The notes under the pieces are model-generated. The model was given only the letters and a program-made list of their open reading frames with translations. It was not told the DNA's origin and made no database searches. Below, one piece after another: positions 1-14,300 of a DNA stretch of 64,000 nt (the first letter of the stretch is position 1; every line of letters begins with the position of its first letter). Made by a program: the position numbers and the translations under genes. Source of the DNA: Phoronis australis (Eukaryota; Animalia; Phoronida); the NCBI GenBank assembly GCA_002633005.1, contig NMRA01000264.1, forward strand, positions 124,001 to 188,000, read 5' to 3'.

Positions 1-3000
1 GATTTTTATGGACACAGAACCTCAGTTCGAGTATTCAGAGAGCATTTTACTTGGGGTTAGTCGGTTGAATATAAGTGACATTCTGGAGAACAGTTATCAA
101 ATTAATCAACTTTTGGATATTCAGGATGTTGTAGTTGGGCGGTTATGATAAGAAATTACATCTATTGACCTAATCACTCGACCCATTAATACAATGCTAC
201 CTAACACAAAAGGCAAGACAATGCACTTATATAAAAGCAGTTTTTCTTCCGTTTTCGCGTCTTCATGTACGAAAATTACCCATAGACTCATTTACCGTGC
301 TAGTTTTAACGCCACCCTCCCACAAACAGGCGAATTTGATACTCGAAGCTACACAGCCGACATTACGTTATAACACACCTTGCGATCTAGTAAAGTAACT
401 TTTTATGGTTTGCTTTAATGCAGCTCGAGTTGACATCACTAATCTGCTTGTTTTTTAACTGTTTGTGCATCGTGGCATGTCGCTATTGGAATTCCCTGCG
501 GGACCTTAGTCTCGATTTGTTACAATTCCTCGATTATTGCCTCCCCCATTGTAATTGAAGTCTATCGAGTATGACGGGTTCATTACTTCAACAAACACTG
601 GAGTAAATCCTAAGAATTGACCTCATTTTCCTCGAGTTTCTAAGACCAGCGTGTGAAATTGACATGTGTATTTCTACGCCTGAGACATATGGTTATCGCT
701 AGAGCAGTGTTGTTGTTACACAAGGTGATATTTTCCTAACGAGTGTCCAAACCCTTCTGTTTCCATCTCGCCATGAGTCGCCCTGAAACCTTGATAAACG
801 TTCCTCGATTCCTGTCCATCACGAACTTGAAACGACGTGTCAAAATACTCTGCCACGCGCATCTGTGCTACGAGTACTCTTTGGCAAGTTAGTTTGAGTT
901 TGTCTTATGAGCACATGTGTTTGTGTGTTTGTGAAACTGTTCGGCTGTCGTGTCAAGTGATAACAATGTCGTTCTCACGAGATTGTAAATCTTTCATGAA
1001 AACGTTCCAGTTCCAAACCTCACATTTCCAACACCCACCAGTCGTTCTGAACGCCACATACATGTACAATAATTTCATTGTCGCGCTTTATGAAATTGTT
1101 GTAAGACTCGAAAATTTATAAACATTTGATCTTCCGTTTGTTTTCTATTTCGCCTAATTCGAGAAGGTCAGTTTTCGCAGTTTAGCCGAATTTACTGTTC
1201 TTGACATTTGACTTGTATAAAACTAATTACATAGAATGTATACAAAACTCGCTTGCACACATTTCCAGAGAATTGCTGCAGAATACCCGAATGGCTGATA
1301 CACAGTGAAATACAGGCATGTTTTGCTTTGACATTGCCTCGGGCTTGTCGACTTTAGCTTTTTGATTAATCAACCAAGCATTCATTCAATGAGTATTTCA
1401 GTCGCATAGCTGGATATATCTTTTGTTTCTCTTTAGTGTCGCTTGATTGTCAAAGATGGTGCGCCTACCTTATGGTGCCATTCAGAATTTTCACTGAGTC
1501 AAACCTGCTCTTTATTAAAAACAGTGCAAATCACTTCTCAAACCATATTTGCAGAGAGTTGCTTGATAGCAAATTAAAGCCAATTCCCGTAAAACTTTCA
1601 TTCGTTCTATAAGTCACGTGAACATACGTCATACTCTGTCGCGTAATCATCGAGTTTTTTAAGACACTTTGTAGAATAATGTGAAACTTTAATACGGCTT
1701 AGTAAATTGCAAACATGAAGTACTATTCCCTGTAAATCAAGACTGTACCTTAATTAGTGAGTTCTTGATACTCAAATACTTTGGGGAGATCTCTTAAATA
1801 TTTCGTCATGAAACCTGCATGAACATTAGAAGTTCATTTAGAAATACAACAACACGTGCTTGCAACATGCGTCGACAAAACGACCGGACTACTTTTTGCC
1901 AACTGTGTTACGTAAAAGTATAATCTTTTGAGTATTGTAATTTTTAAGTCTTCGGGTTAGCCAATTTCAAGAAAACGTTTGTCGAGAGCGACAAATTTTG
2001 AGCATATGTGCGCGTGAATAGAAACCACACGTTTATGGCTATCTCTTGATAAGTTTATTGGAAAAATGTATTACAAAAGGCTTAAACAGAAGTGCAATCC
2101 TAATTCGGCGTCTCCTGTGCACAAGGTGTGCAAAAACTGAAAGAGATGAAGTGTTTTTCATTGTTTTCATTGTTACACGTAAGAATCGTTATCTACCTTA
2201 TATTGCGCATGTAAAGAAAGAGTTCTCGTGGTAATATCCTTGTTTCGATACCTGAAATAAATTTCAACGTTGCGAAATTGATACTCCATTAATAGCGTGG
2301 AGGTCGTTGGTTGTCTGAAACCGTTCCGAATTATTGAATAATTCTAGCATTATATTTCATTCGTTTCCGTATCGTTGTATGAAATGTTATAATAGTATAC
2401 CTGAGCTCTAATTAGTCCTGGATTAGTTCAAAAGTGTTTTAAGTTTTCAGTTCCCACAAGTTTCAGTCATTCAGATATTTCCCACGAGTGGGTCGAGTGG
2501 ATACGCCTTTAACGCACCACGTGAAACAATGCTAATTAATCAAAGTCCTCAAAACATTCATTCAATACACTAAATATTTTTCTCTTTATTATCAATTGTT
2601 GTCGGGCAAGAAACAAATACACTGCACTGTCGGCTGTCGTCTACACTTTTACAGCAATGAACATGCAAATTTGCAAAATCCGATTAATCAAAGTCTTCAA
2701 AATAAATTATTCAATATAAATAATATTTGCCAGCCCTCTGCCATTGTTTTGTCGTGTCATATAAACATACCCCGGATTCCAAGTTGATCAGGCAACACGC
2801 AGGACATTGTTGTGGCCAAGGAATCAATAGAATCAATGACTTGCCACCATATCGTAATATTAAGTCGATACATTGACTGACTTTGATGAGAACAAGGTTA
2901 ATTGGTCAACACTTAACGTATTGACTAGGTGACTATGGGCGGTGCAGCCCACTTTGTTGCCGTGTCGGTTGCTCGCCAGCTAATGGCCGCCACTCTCAAT

Positions 3001-6000
3001 CAAGGTGGTTGTTCGGTCGCGTTGGAGTCCAAAGCTTGTGGCATGAAAACCCAGTGGTTCTGAAACGTTTTCGGAGCGCATTTGCTGCATGCGCTTAACA
3101 AATTTCAAGCTCTGCTTCACCATTCACCATCATCTGCAGTATATAAAAGGATACTAAATCCGGTTTTGCCCTATGAACGAATATCAGCAAGGACTTGCTC
3201 AATTAGATTTTCAAAATAAAATCATATGATGCTCTGTTGCTGATGCATTTCCTTACAAATTCTGCTAAATTGGCAAGCGCAGCTAACGCTTTAAACCAGT
3301 TACAGAATGACTTTGGAGAAAGGTCTTCCACCTCAACGGACTATCTACTTCATGACACAGTGGGTGAAGTGCCTTTTTAAATAATGTTTTTATCGCTCAG
3401 GGGAGGTAACACTGGTCCACCAGCAGGCGACCGAACCAACGTTTAATAGAACCACGAGAGTAGGTTTTAGAATCATTTTAAGGTTGCAGGAAGACATATT
3501 TTGCTTACCCCATTGTCTTCTTTACTTGGGAGAAGCATTTGAGTAGATTGATCAGTCATATAAACAGTTGCATATTCCCTTATCCCAGGAGTTAGTTGGC
3601 ACGATGCCATAAATGTTTGATGAAGGTTTAAGATTAAGAGTTAATCAATAAGTTATCTCTAAAATGCTTCAATGTTAATTAAAATTTTGACCACGGTATT
3701 AATAACAATCAATACATGAAACTCTTTTCCTCGCAAATTTCTGCAGCCGTTCGTGGCTCAGGTTCATTGGTCTAGTCGCCATTCCAATACACACCGTGAA
3801 AACGCGTTCGAAACAAAGGAATGACCTGGAGTGGACATCCGCGTTATTTTATAATCACCTGTCCGCCTCGGAAATTTATTTTACCTGGTTCTGCATGGGT
3901 GGAACAATAAAACTGTCGATGATGGAGGCGTTAACAATTGAAACACATGCTGATTACGGCGCGTAATTTCTTGTTTGCCAGGATTAGGCCTAGTTGGTTT
4001 TATAGTTAACAAACCCGACAATCGCGTTCTTCAGCTCGTCTGAGGCTCTGATGTGATTAGTGCATAGAATAGAGATCTATTTCGATGAAAAGCATTAAAA
4101 TTGATTATCTGGACTTTGAGGGAATCTCTGGTTCTTTTTATGGTCTTAGTATTTTTACTTACTCCCCTCGGTCATATAGGAGAAATCTATGTATGCTAAC
4201 AAGAGCCAGTCAATATTTCATTGTTCGCTTCCATCAGCTATTGTCTGTTTACTTATGAAGCGCGAAGCACTGACTTTACTCCATTGATTTCACTAGTAAT
4301 TGACAGCTTCAGACTTTTCGCTTTGGTGCGGCTTTGATTACGAAGTCGTATGTCAGGAAAAAGTTTTCGTTTCTAATAAACAAGATTTTAAGATACAGAA
4401 ATACTCGCATGAACGAATCATTGGTGCAACGACACAGTCCTTACAAAGAACGTTCAGCGTTATTTCAGCTAATTTTAATATTTCTAATACCTCACCCATA
4501 ATTACTAACGGTTTCCCTTTCCTTCTCTTAGATTTCCAATATTCCGGCGATAAAGTAGATATTATTGTCACACTGTTGTCATGTGTACGTGTTAATTTAC
4601 ACGTAAGATAGTGAACCGCGATATGTCAACGTACTGTCACCTAATAGTTCATTGTTAGCATCGTTTCTCCATCCGGGATACGCGTCGACGTATTTAAATT
4701 CAACCTTAATTTAATACCTAGGCAAATACTTTAAGCAATGTGTTGCGACAGCGTGAACACACAGCGCCATCGCTGTGATTAAGTGGCAACCTCTCTCACA
4801 ATGAGATTGGAACAGCAGCTTTGCAAATGTTCGAATAACAACCTAGTCAATATTTGTAATAAATTTCACAAGATGAAAAATATTTCAATATAGATACAGT
4901 TCTAAATATTCATATGTTTGTTTGTGCCTGTGCTGCGCGATTATGGACCCTCTTACGAATGACGGCTAAATACGGATTCATTTCAGCTATGTGATGGTGA
5001 ACATACGCAAGTCATTGGGATTATAAACTGTATCGAACTCCTCCCCACTTTAGTACTTGTACAGTTAATGAGGCCAGCTAAGGCGGCCTAATTAATAGTT
5101 AGAGCGCGCCCCAGTAATTACTGATATCTACCAGCCGTCCAAACATTAGATTCTCCTATTATTGATACCGCACTCATCTCACTCGTGTGACGTAACACTA
5201 GCTATCACCTGCGTGTCCTATATATATCTGTATACCAGTACATCATCGTTATGGATATTTCCAACGGATTAGTGTTCAAATATTAGTGCATTTTCGCCAC
5301 AATGGCGAAACTTGAGAGCATTTTCGTGACTATGGCAACATTTTATTTTATCGGGGCCACATTACATAGTATACAAGTATCCTTCAGACGTATAAAGTAT
5401 TTAACCTTGTCCTGGTACCGTCCAACCAGAAAAACGACTTCTTATTCCCGGCTAACTGCATAAGTAAAATATATTTAAAGTTGTATTTCTTAGAATAGCC
5501 ATACGGTGCTTTGAAGTTCTGCATCTTTTTATCGGCTGCTGATGCCTGTCCTCACATGTTACTGAAACTCGAACATTTTGCCGCCATGTGACGACCTTGG
5601 GCGTATGTTTGTCTCGAACAAACTGGAACTTTGGTAACGAATAATCATTCAGTAGTCACATGTGAGTTTCATCTTGTAAGTGCCAAAGATACTTTGTGTT
5701 TTCATGTACCTTATGTGCTAGTGAACATGTGCCTGAGATAACTCTCAATCACAAACTTAGACTTCTAGCGAAATGTCATTCACAAAAATGTCGTTTTACT
5801 GAGACAAGACGCTATCAGTAACAGAAATGTACCAAAAAACTGAACATTTGGATGTCACTGCAGCCAATAATTTCTGTTCTTAATTTCACTACTTGAATGC
5901 AGATATAATACATATCCACATAGCTGTTTTAGACTTTTTGGCCGTTTGAAAGTGAGTAATCCAGGACCTGAGTGCCATAGACACAAGAATATTGCGAAGG

Positions 6001-8051
6001 AAGCTAGCGTGATCACATGTTTCTCTAGTAATACTTTGCGATATCTCACGGAATCTTGCGTGATTTACGTTTTGGGAGGTACTCGCATCTAAGGAACGCA
6101 CGCCAGTTCCACACACAAAGGCGTTGAGTACTTCTTTTCCTTGGTGTTGAGTAATTCGTTTTTGTCTTTACGACTTGAAAAAAGTGTGTTGATGAATTAA
6201 CATTCTGACGGCATCATTAATATTGCCGAATGATTCATTAACGGTGGAAATGGTGAATGATTATCTAGTAGAATAGTGCAGTATTTCCTTTTATGCATTG
6301 AATATTCCACAGGTATAATCAGTTTGACACTTTCTACCGCTGTGGAGCTTAATGATTCCTCAAGGAAGGATGTTAATGGATTCTGTCAGGGGAAATTTAT
6401 GATAAATAATTTACAAAAAATATGCTATAGTTTTAAGCGTCACTGAAGCGTCCCGGAGTTTTGTGACACTCACGTGGCTAGCAGTTCGTAGATTTCCGAG
6501 CGCATGTTTATGAAAATATTCAAATTGTTCAATCCAAAGGTGATTTGATGTGGATTTGGGCAAGGTGTAATTGTCCATAATTAAGAACAAATACACAGTT
6601 TTGTGAATTGACAAATATAACTTGAAATGTTTTCCAAACGCCTGGAATTAAAAGCTTTATGCAACCAAGCTGTGTAAACACACATCCACGACATACAACC
6701 ATTCTGTCCAATCATTGACCTGACACACGACTGGCTCGCGCGCGAAACGACCAATCACTAAATTCGGCTTTATCACAATATTAACAAAAGCGATACAAAT
6801 CGGATGTTTACGTTTTCTTTCAGTCATTAATAATACGAAACGAATGCTCATGACCATTACAAAGTCTTTCCCAATTTGGACAGTACTGGATGTGTTTGCT
6901 TTCCTTGTTTACTTGAGATTCGGGTCACCTGTCGTGAGACTAACAAAGGGCAGATAGCACTCGAGTTCACTAATATACACAGTACAAGCGTGTATGAAAG
7001 GTTGAGTGATTTTTTTGCTTTGAAAAACACTACTCCTGAAGACAAATAGCATACTGAAAAGATGGCTAAATGCTTGGCGTGGCTCGTTCCATGACATGTA
7101 TGCTTCAGTGTCGTGCAGAGTTGGCTTATATGTACATTTACACAAAATCCTCGAACTCATTTTTATAACTTTCAAAAATTTTAAAACGAGTCACATTATG
7201 ACTAGACTGTATTCTGTAACATGTCATTTCATCAAGAAATCCTTCAAACCGACTGAAGTACAACCGCTCACTACTGGCATTGAGTAGAGGGTCACGTGCT
7301 CTCTAGCTTCCATGGACCCGTATGAATTGTAAATCTGTTTCATGCCGAATGTCAGTCGACTTTCTAAACTACTATAATTTTCAAACCATGAAATCAATGA
7401 GAAATGTCTACTTAACTTTAAAACCTTCCTGAAACTAAAACGACACCAAGATCTGAGTCTCACTGGTGCAATGTATTGAAACCTTACTACAGATTTTGAA
7501 TACAACTTTCATACTCGTCTATCTGCTGATACTGTTGTCACCAAGCGGCAGCAGCAAATGCTAATTGGATAGCCGTAGAGTATACATGAAGTTTGTTTTT
7601 GAAATAATGTGATAATTTACGCGTTTGTTTGTACAGCTAACTGGTGGCCTGTATTGATTAGCTAAACTATTCCGCGATGACCGCGCTATCTGCAAGTTCG
7701 CAATTGAAGTAAATGTCGGCTCGAGTAGGAAAAGCCAAGAAATGACCGAAATATTAATTAGAGATATTTTTGATTTGAATGTTTGCAGAGCAATTCAGCC
7801 CATCATTTAAATCATCGACGCGTCGCGTATGTTTTTTGACTAAATTAGTACGTACTATGATGTTTTTTGCCGATGGTTCGTCCAAGTAAGGGAGGTCATT
7901 ACACCAGGGATTAACAGCACTGAAGTTATATATTTTATAAATAAAGAAATGCGGCACGTTTATTCTTTTTTTACGTTTATTTGTTAATGGTAGTTACGTA
8001 TTTTCAGTATTTGTGTGATATTGGACTGGTACGATATTGATTTACTTTCAG

Positions 8052-8366
8052 GGAAGGCCAGTGGTGAGCTACGTGGGCCCGTATTTATTAATGAACCTCC
8101 AAATTCAATCACATTTGCCAACGATGAAGGTGCCATGTTAAATTGTTCTGCTCACGGGAGTCCAGCACCGGAAATGGACTGGATAGGAAAAGATGGAGAA
8201 CCCATAGACAATGTTGAAGGATACCTGCAAATTTTTCCAAATAACAGTTTATACTTCCCTAAATTTACTGGAAACTTGCAAACTCACATACACCACACCA
8301 GCTATCGATGTGTCGCACGGAACAGTGCTGGAACCATTATTAGTCGAGAAGTTAAAGTCAAGGCAG
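8052..8366 (+). CDS. Dscam: Dscam exon, Ig1
   Basis: tttcag| ... [53 protein letters not shown] |gtaggt; typical Dscam Ig1. Confidence 0.95.
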
Positions 8367-11300
8367 GTAGGTAGAATTTGTTATTTTTATTTCCATTCTT
8401 TACTACATTTATGTATCACGTGGACCATTTTAAATACAAGTCGTGAGTAGCGTCTTTGACGGAATTGGACAGCTCGTGGAAACTCGAGATTGCAGCGGAA
8501 CTAAACCATTCATAAAATTACCAAGCGATTTTTTAAGAATTATTCTAATATGAATGAACTGCTAAATTTATTTACAAAAATGCTCAAATGGTTACGTGTG
8601 GACTTACTGTGGTCGTTCGTTTCCTTTTACATGCGCGCACCCAGCCTTTAATATGGGGGGCTAGACTTTCCGACGATGTGGGCCTTTTACCGACAAAAGC
8701 AGCCGAAGGACTAACAAAAAAACGGGGTACCACGTCCGCAGCTGCTGTGAATTGTGCGTTTGCGCCTGTTTAGTGGACTTTTTGTCTCGTTTTGACGGAC
8801 TTTTTTCTCCGAGGCGGACCTTTTTGTCCACTTTGCCAAATGGGGGGCTCATTCGAGCCCACCGAGCACCCCCCTGGGTGCGCGCATGTTTTAAATGACT
8901 TATCTAGCATTTTGGAAAGGGGAGATGCCAGTTAAACGACAGCTTTCTGAAGAGAATTCTATTTTAAAAACAATGGGGAGATTACCGAAAATGAAGTTTA
9001 GTGTTATGTTCTCTGCGCACAGAAATAGAAATCGTCTACTTTCACGTGTTTTTTGCTTGCCGCTTTGGCTGAAAAAGGGGTCCGGCCCCCCTGGTTTTCT
9101 CATTTAGATGCGCCTAAGTTATTGAAAGCAAACGATCATAGTTAAGAAAATATTTAGGCGTCTATCATATAACTTCTTTTTTCAAAAGTGGGTTCTGAAA
9201 ATAGACGTACTTAACGCGTTTATTTTTTTCATGACAATGGCTTGTGAGTGTTGAAAATAAGTGCAACCATCAGAAAAAAATGACATTTGATTCTTTTCAG
9301 TCGATAATTATTGGAGCGGCAAAGTGTTATACTTAGATAGGATTGTCAAACTGTTACTGGTGAAAAACTTGAAACATTATTTACATATACATGAAGTCAC
9401 GACAATGTGATACGTCATGAAACCTAATAAAACCTGAGAATACAACGCCATTATAAGGACGAAGCTATAGATTTAAGTGTACTTATTAGCGCCATATTTA
9501 AGCCCATCGAGTGATTAACACTTGACTAGTGCTAATTAAATTGCATTATACAACTTTGGTGGTGGCCGTGTGCCGCACGTGACTTCTATCGTAGAAACTA
9601 TTTGAGTTAGATGAATCATCCAATCGCAGACAACAAGGACACGTGCCCATTGTGGGGTGTCTATTGGCGGCCATATTGATGCGTCTTGTCTCGGGGACTC
9701 GAATGGGCAATAACGGAAATTACTTCGCTAAATGGAGTCGCAACCAATACATCCGTTCATTTTAATCATAAAATGCCTCAAGTTTGTTTAATTGTTTCCT
9801 ATAGTCTGATCTTAGTTGAGAATGCACATTTCAAAATGAAACTCTGGAGGAAGCTTCAGTGCATGCCATGCCAGAGTTGAAGACGTGACATGAGCGCACT
9901 ATTTGTTTGAATTGGGAAGGTGCGTTTATTTTGAGACGCATCTAAAGTTATATTTGAGTTCAGTGCCATGTTACACTGACATTTACTCTAGTTCTTTTTT
10001 CAAAACACGTGGAAATCATATCCAAGGACATTACAATCGTTATCGATAAACGCCTCCGTAGTATCAACTTTGATTGAAATGTGTCACAGCAAGCCCTAGT
10101 GTTGGTTCATATATGTGAGGAATGGTCGGCCCGCAATACAACGCTAATTGATCGAAGACATTCAGCCCACTTTCTTGCTGTCGAGAATGCGCTCGGTTCA
10201 GACACAGCGACAGGACTATACATTTGAAAGATGAAAGACGCATGAGAGCAAAAAAAAACAACAATCACCTTTTAGCATCACTGTGCCAGCTGTCATAGGT
10301 GTCTACATGTGTAATGATTAATTTTTGTTTTACTTTGTAAGGGGCCTCAGCATCGCATACATTTTTGTATTAATCCGATTCTATAGTAACGGCAGGTCTG
10401 GTTAATGCACGATACAAACGCGTATCGATCTTTATTTTCGTACATCGTAAAAAGCCATTATAGGTCGATTTATTCGAGTCTCAACTTAAAAGCTATTGAA
10501 TTAACAAGTACTGCCATTGAAGAAAGCTACGGAAACACACTGTTTATTTTATGTAGTAGTTGTGATTTGACGTGATGAGTACAAAATCGACTGAAGACTA
10601 ATTGGAAACCAATGAGTTAACTAAAGAATGGCTTTAACCGGTGATTAATTGAAATTATTTAAAGTAAAAGCTCTAACGCATTATTGATGTCGTGAGCCAA
10701 CTCTGTGTGCTTGCCAACTTGCGTTTACTTTTTAGTCACAATTAATTACCCAGGGGTTACTTTGGGAAAGTGCTAGTTGTTTGCAAAATAAACAGTTAGA
10801 ACGCCAGTCACTGTACAGACAACCTACACGTTTTGCTCAATCTTAGAAGATGCTCTTGCTATCGTGTCCTACTCCTTACACAGAATCAGGCAATGAGCAG
10901 ATAATTGTCTGCTCAATTCATTCATGCAAGCCTATTTTTATTCAATGCCACTTTTGTTGGCGCGCGGAATTTAAATGCCAGCTAGCAGTTGATGATTTTA
11001 CTCTGGCGTATAAAACTAGTGACGACTATTTTAGCACACTTGTTATTAGGATGCTTTCATGGTAATGTTCTAGCAATAAGTGGGCCTGCTTGAAGTTTTG
11101 AGTCCTTAAAATGTAATCGTAGATTCTGCAATGAACTGCTTGGTTGCAATTCCATCGTCAATAAATTTTAGATTAGAACTGACGTACTAACAGTGATTTT
11201 AGCACCTGTCCAGTGTTAAAGTTCAGTTCTGTAAATTTGCACGTGGTTTACACAGACAAAAACGCGTTTTTCCCTTCCTGTTTCATTAGTTTTGTTCCAA

Positions 11301-14300
11301 CTATTTTGAATTCCGATTCAGATTCAATATCTTTAATAACACACAGTGCAGCAGTCTTTGGAGAAGCCGAGTCGCAAATTAAGTTTTTATTCTTTGCAAA
11401 ACATCAAAGACGAAATCTCCTTTTTCTACAATACTATTGTACACTGTGTCCTGTTAAAGTGGCTGTAGATATCATAGCGCATGTGCAGACGAAATGCCAA
11501 CAAAATCCTTTGATTATATTTCTTTATGTTTTTATGTGTTCGATCAATGCGTTTTACAGCCCACTGATAGCTGACAGATGGCGTACCAACTGGTGAACAA
11601 TCATATTGTTGTTATTTTCTGAAACCTGTCACGCTCTTAGTTGCAATAAGATTAGATTGTCAGAGCGAAACCAACACGTCACGCTTTTTAACCTTTAGGC
11701 ATAAATGTGCATATATGAATCTCGAAGCAATCAACCACTTTCTAATTTGCCCTAATATGCGTGACTGGCGATCTCCAAAAAGAAAACAGTTTTGATGAAT
11801 TAATAATTTGTCTTAAAAGAGTTCTCTTGGATTTAAATTAGAAAATTGCGTGTCTCGATATTCATTTATAGGAAAAGCATTCCCCTGTCTCTACTGTACT
11901 AAGCAGTCACGAACTGATAATCCGTAAAACAAGGTTTCTTTCACCAGCTTTAAATATTCATACACTCCTTGAAGGAATAATAAGCGTAAGTAAATGCTAA
12001 AAAATTTGGCTCAGTAAGTACAGGGTGTCCAAAATGTACTCACTTTTCAAATATAATTGTATCTTTATCGACTTAGGAACTCGATTACTGGTTTTAAGAG
12101 AAATTATCGGTTTCACGGCCGATAATCGTTGGATGGCATAGACGTTTTGAAGTTAATTAGCTTTGACCAGAGATATAAAACAACAAAATCGGTTATTATT
12201 TTTTAGTGATTTTGCGACAAATTAACAATGAGCTCTTGCCGTTGTCGCCCAGACATTCGTTGAAATCAAGTCCGGTGAATTTACCAGTTAAATACGCTGA
12301 CATTTATGGCATTGGGGTTACCTTCGCCAGCAGAGCATTATTCTGTTTTGGGGGGATTCCAGCTTCTATTCCGCGTTAAAGATGTTTTGAAAAGCTATTT
12401 TTCTCAGCGATAATGCCCCTTTAATTTATGTTCGACGTAAGCCCCTTTAAATGTATTTATTGCTTCCTGAACTCTTAGAGATAAAGGAGACCCTGGATCA
12501 CGATACAGGCATAATTAGGATATATATTACGACTGTTTTCCATGTACAACATAGAAGAGATCAACAATATAGACTACGCAAGTACAATCTCTGGTAAGAA
12601 GTGCCGCATTTCCATAGTGTGTGTATTTTGCTCGTGTTTTCAGTAATGTCTAATAGCCACAAGAGTTATAACGTTCTCATCAACGACCAATGGGTAATGG
12701 AAGGTAATACGGCTGTTCTCACGTGCCAAGTGGACCCTGCATACATTAGACCCTATGTGATTGTGACCACGTGGATTCAGGGCTCGACCACGATCCGACA
12801 TGGCGGCCGATTCAGCATTTTTCCAACTTCGCTGCAGATTCGCGACGTTCGCGAGCGAGACGGGTATTTTCGTTATAGATGCGTGGTATATAACCAATTA
12901 ACAAAGACCCAGAAAGCAAGTCAACTCGCTACCATCCACGTTATAGGTAAGTCTGTGTTTTGGGGAAGCAACCCTTTGGCAAAACAAAGTATAAAGCAAG
13001 TCCGTTGCTCGCAGAATCGTTCCAACACCGCCTGCAAACTAGTCGAATAAAACGCTGACTTTGACGACAGTACATTTTGTATTTTTTCAAATCAAGTTTG
13101 CCATACTATTTTGTAGGTGGTTAATAGTGTTAAAAGTACTTAAAATGCAATCCCAATTGACTAAGACGTCACAGGGCCGTAGCATGGGGGGATAAGGCAG
13201 GAAAGAATATGTTCCTCGATAGTTTGCAAAGACTTTTTGCGCTGCTCACTTTGAATTAAAATGACTATTCAATATTCCAACTTCTACGTCGCCCACTACA
13301 TTTTGTCTTTATACAGTAGTGCCTCACGTTCTGGTTTCACGTCTCTGCGACCTATTGTTTTCTAAACCCTAGGTGATGGCATTTCTTTCTTTGTCGTCAT
13401 TGTTCCTAGTGTTAACCAGGAAGAAAAACCAGCGAGCCCAGGGAGATGAAATACATATAGCCGTTTTAAAAATAGACGTATTTGATTTTTCTTTTACACG
13501 GTTTAATATTGGTTGTTAAACGTTCAGCACAATGAACGTTATAAAAATACCGTGATAGGATACAATGTTATTGCTATCAATTATAAAAACAAGAGCAATA
13601 TTTGTGCATTGCAATATGTTCGCAGTTTCGATGCACCCAGGCCATCAATAATAGGAAATCGATACTTGTCGTCGAGACGCGTACATGTTTTGTTGAATAC
13701 CAAAACTGATTCTAATTCAATATAAAAAGTTTCGCCTGATGATTAGGACTTATTAAATTTGATGTGTAGGTCTACTTGGTTTGTTTCACGACTGAGGTCA
13801 TATTTTCACGTGATTATCTTGGTCTTATCCGTTAAAATGTTTTCACGCTGCTGGTTACTAAATTTATCAAGTGACTCATTTTTAATACTAGGAATTCGAC
13901 TGCGTGTCCACCAGCATAACTAGTCATGCGTATAACAAATATCAGGGCTGGTTGAATCACTGGTGTAACTACCAATCTTATCCCGTGGATCGCTCCATTG
14001 ACTAATGACTTAAAAACGAAACATTTGGCCAATAGGTTAAGACCAAAACTCGGGTCAAGTAGAAACCGAAGACGATGTTTCTGAAAATACTCCGTTTCAT
14101 GGACTCAAAGTCCGGTTTTTGATCTGGCCTTAACTTAGGCCGAAATTGAGGCAAGTTTTTAACATGGTTGACTATACTCCTAAGCTACGCTTTCGTCACT
14201 TGTTGCGGATTCACAAAACTAAGAGAAGCGATATGGGAAATACAGTTTGAAGAATTCACGTGGTATTAAACTTTAAAGGTACAATTATTTATAACACTGT

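Noticed and set aside
3140-3365. TATA-like box plus short ORF MHFLTNSAKL.. as the Dscam first exon
   Set aside because: No hydrophobic signal peptide and only a weak donor (gtgaag); not supportable.
837-7957. Short ORFs in the upstream region, and most other non-exon ORFs in the track
   Set aside because: No recognisable domains, compositions typical of translated AT-rich non-coding DNA, and no consistent splice structure.
12019-12060. tacagggtgtcc Tc1-like MITE terminus
   Set aside because: No matching second TIR could be identified.
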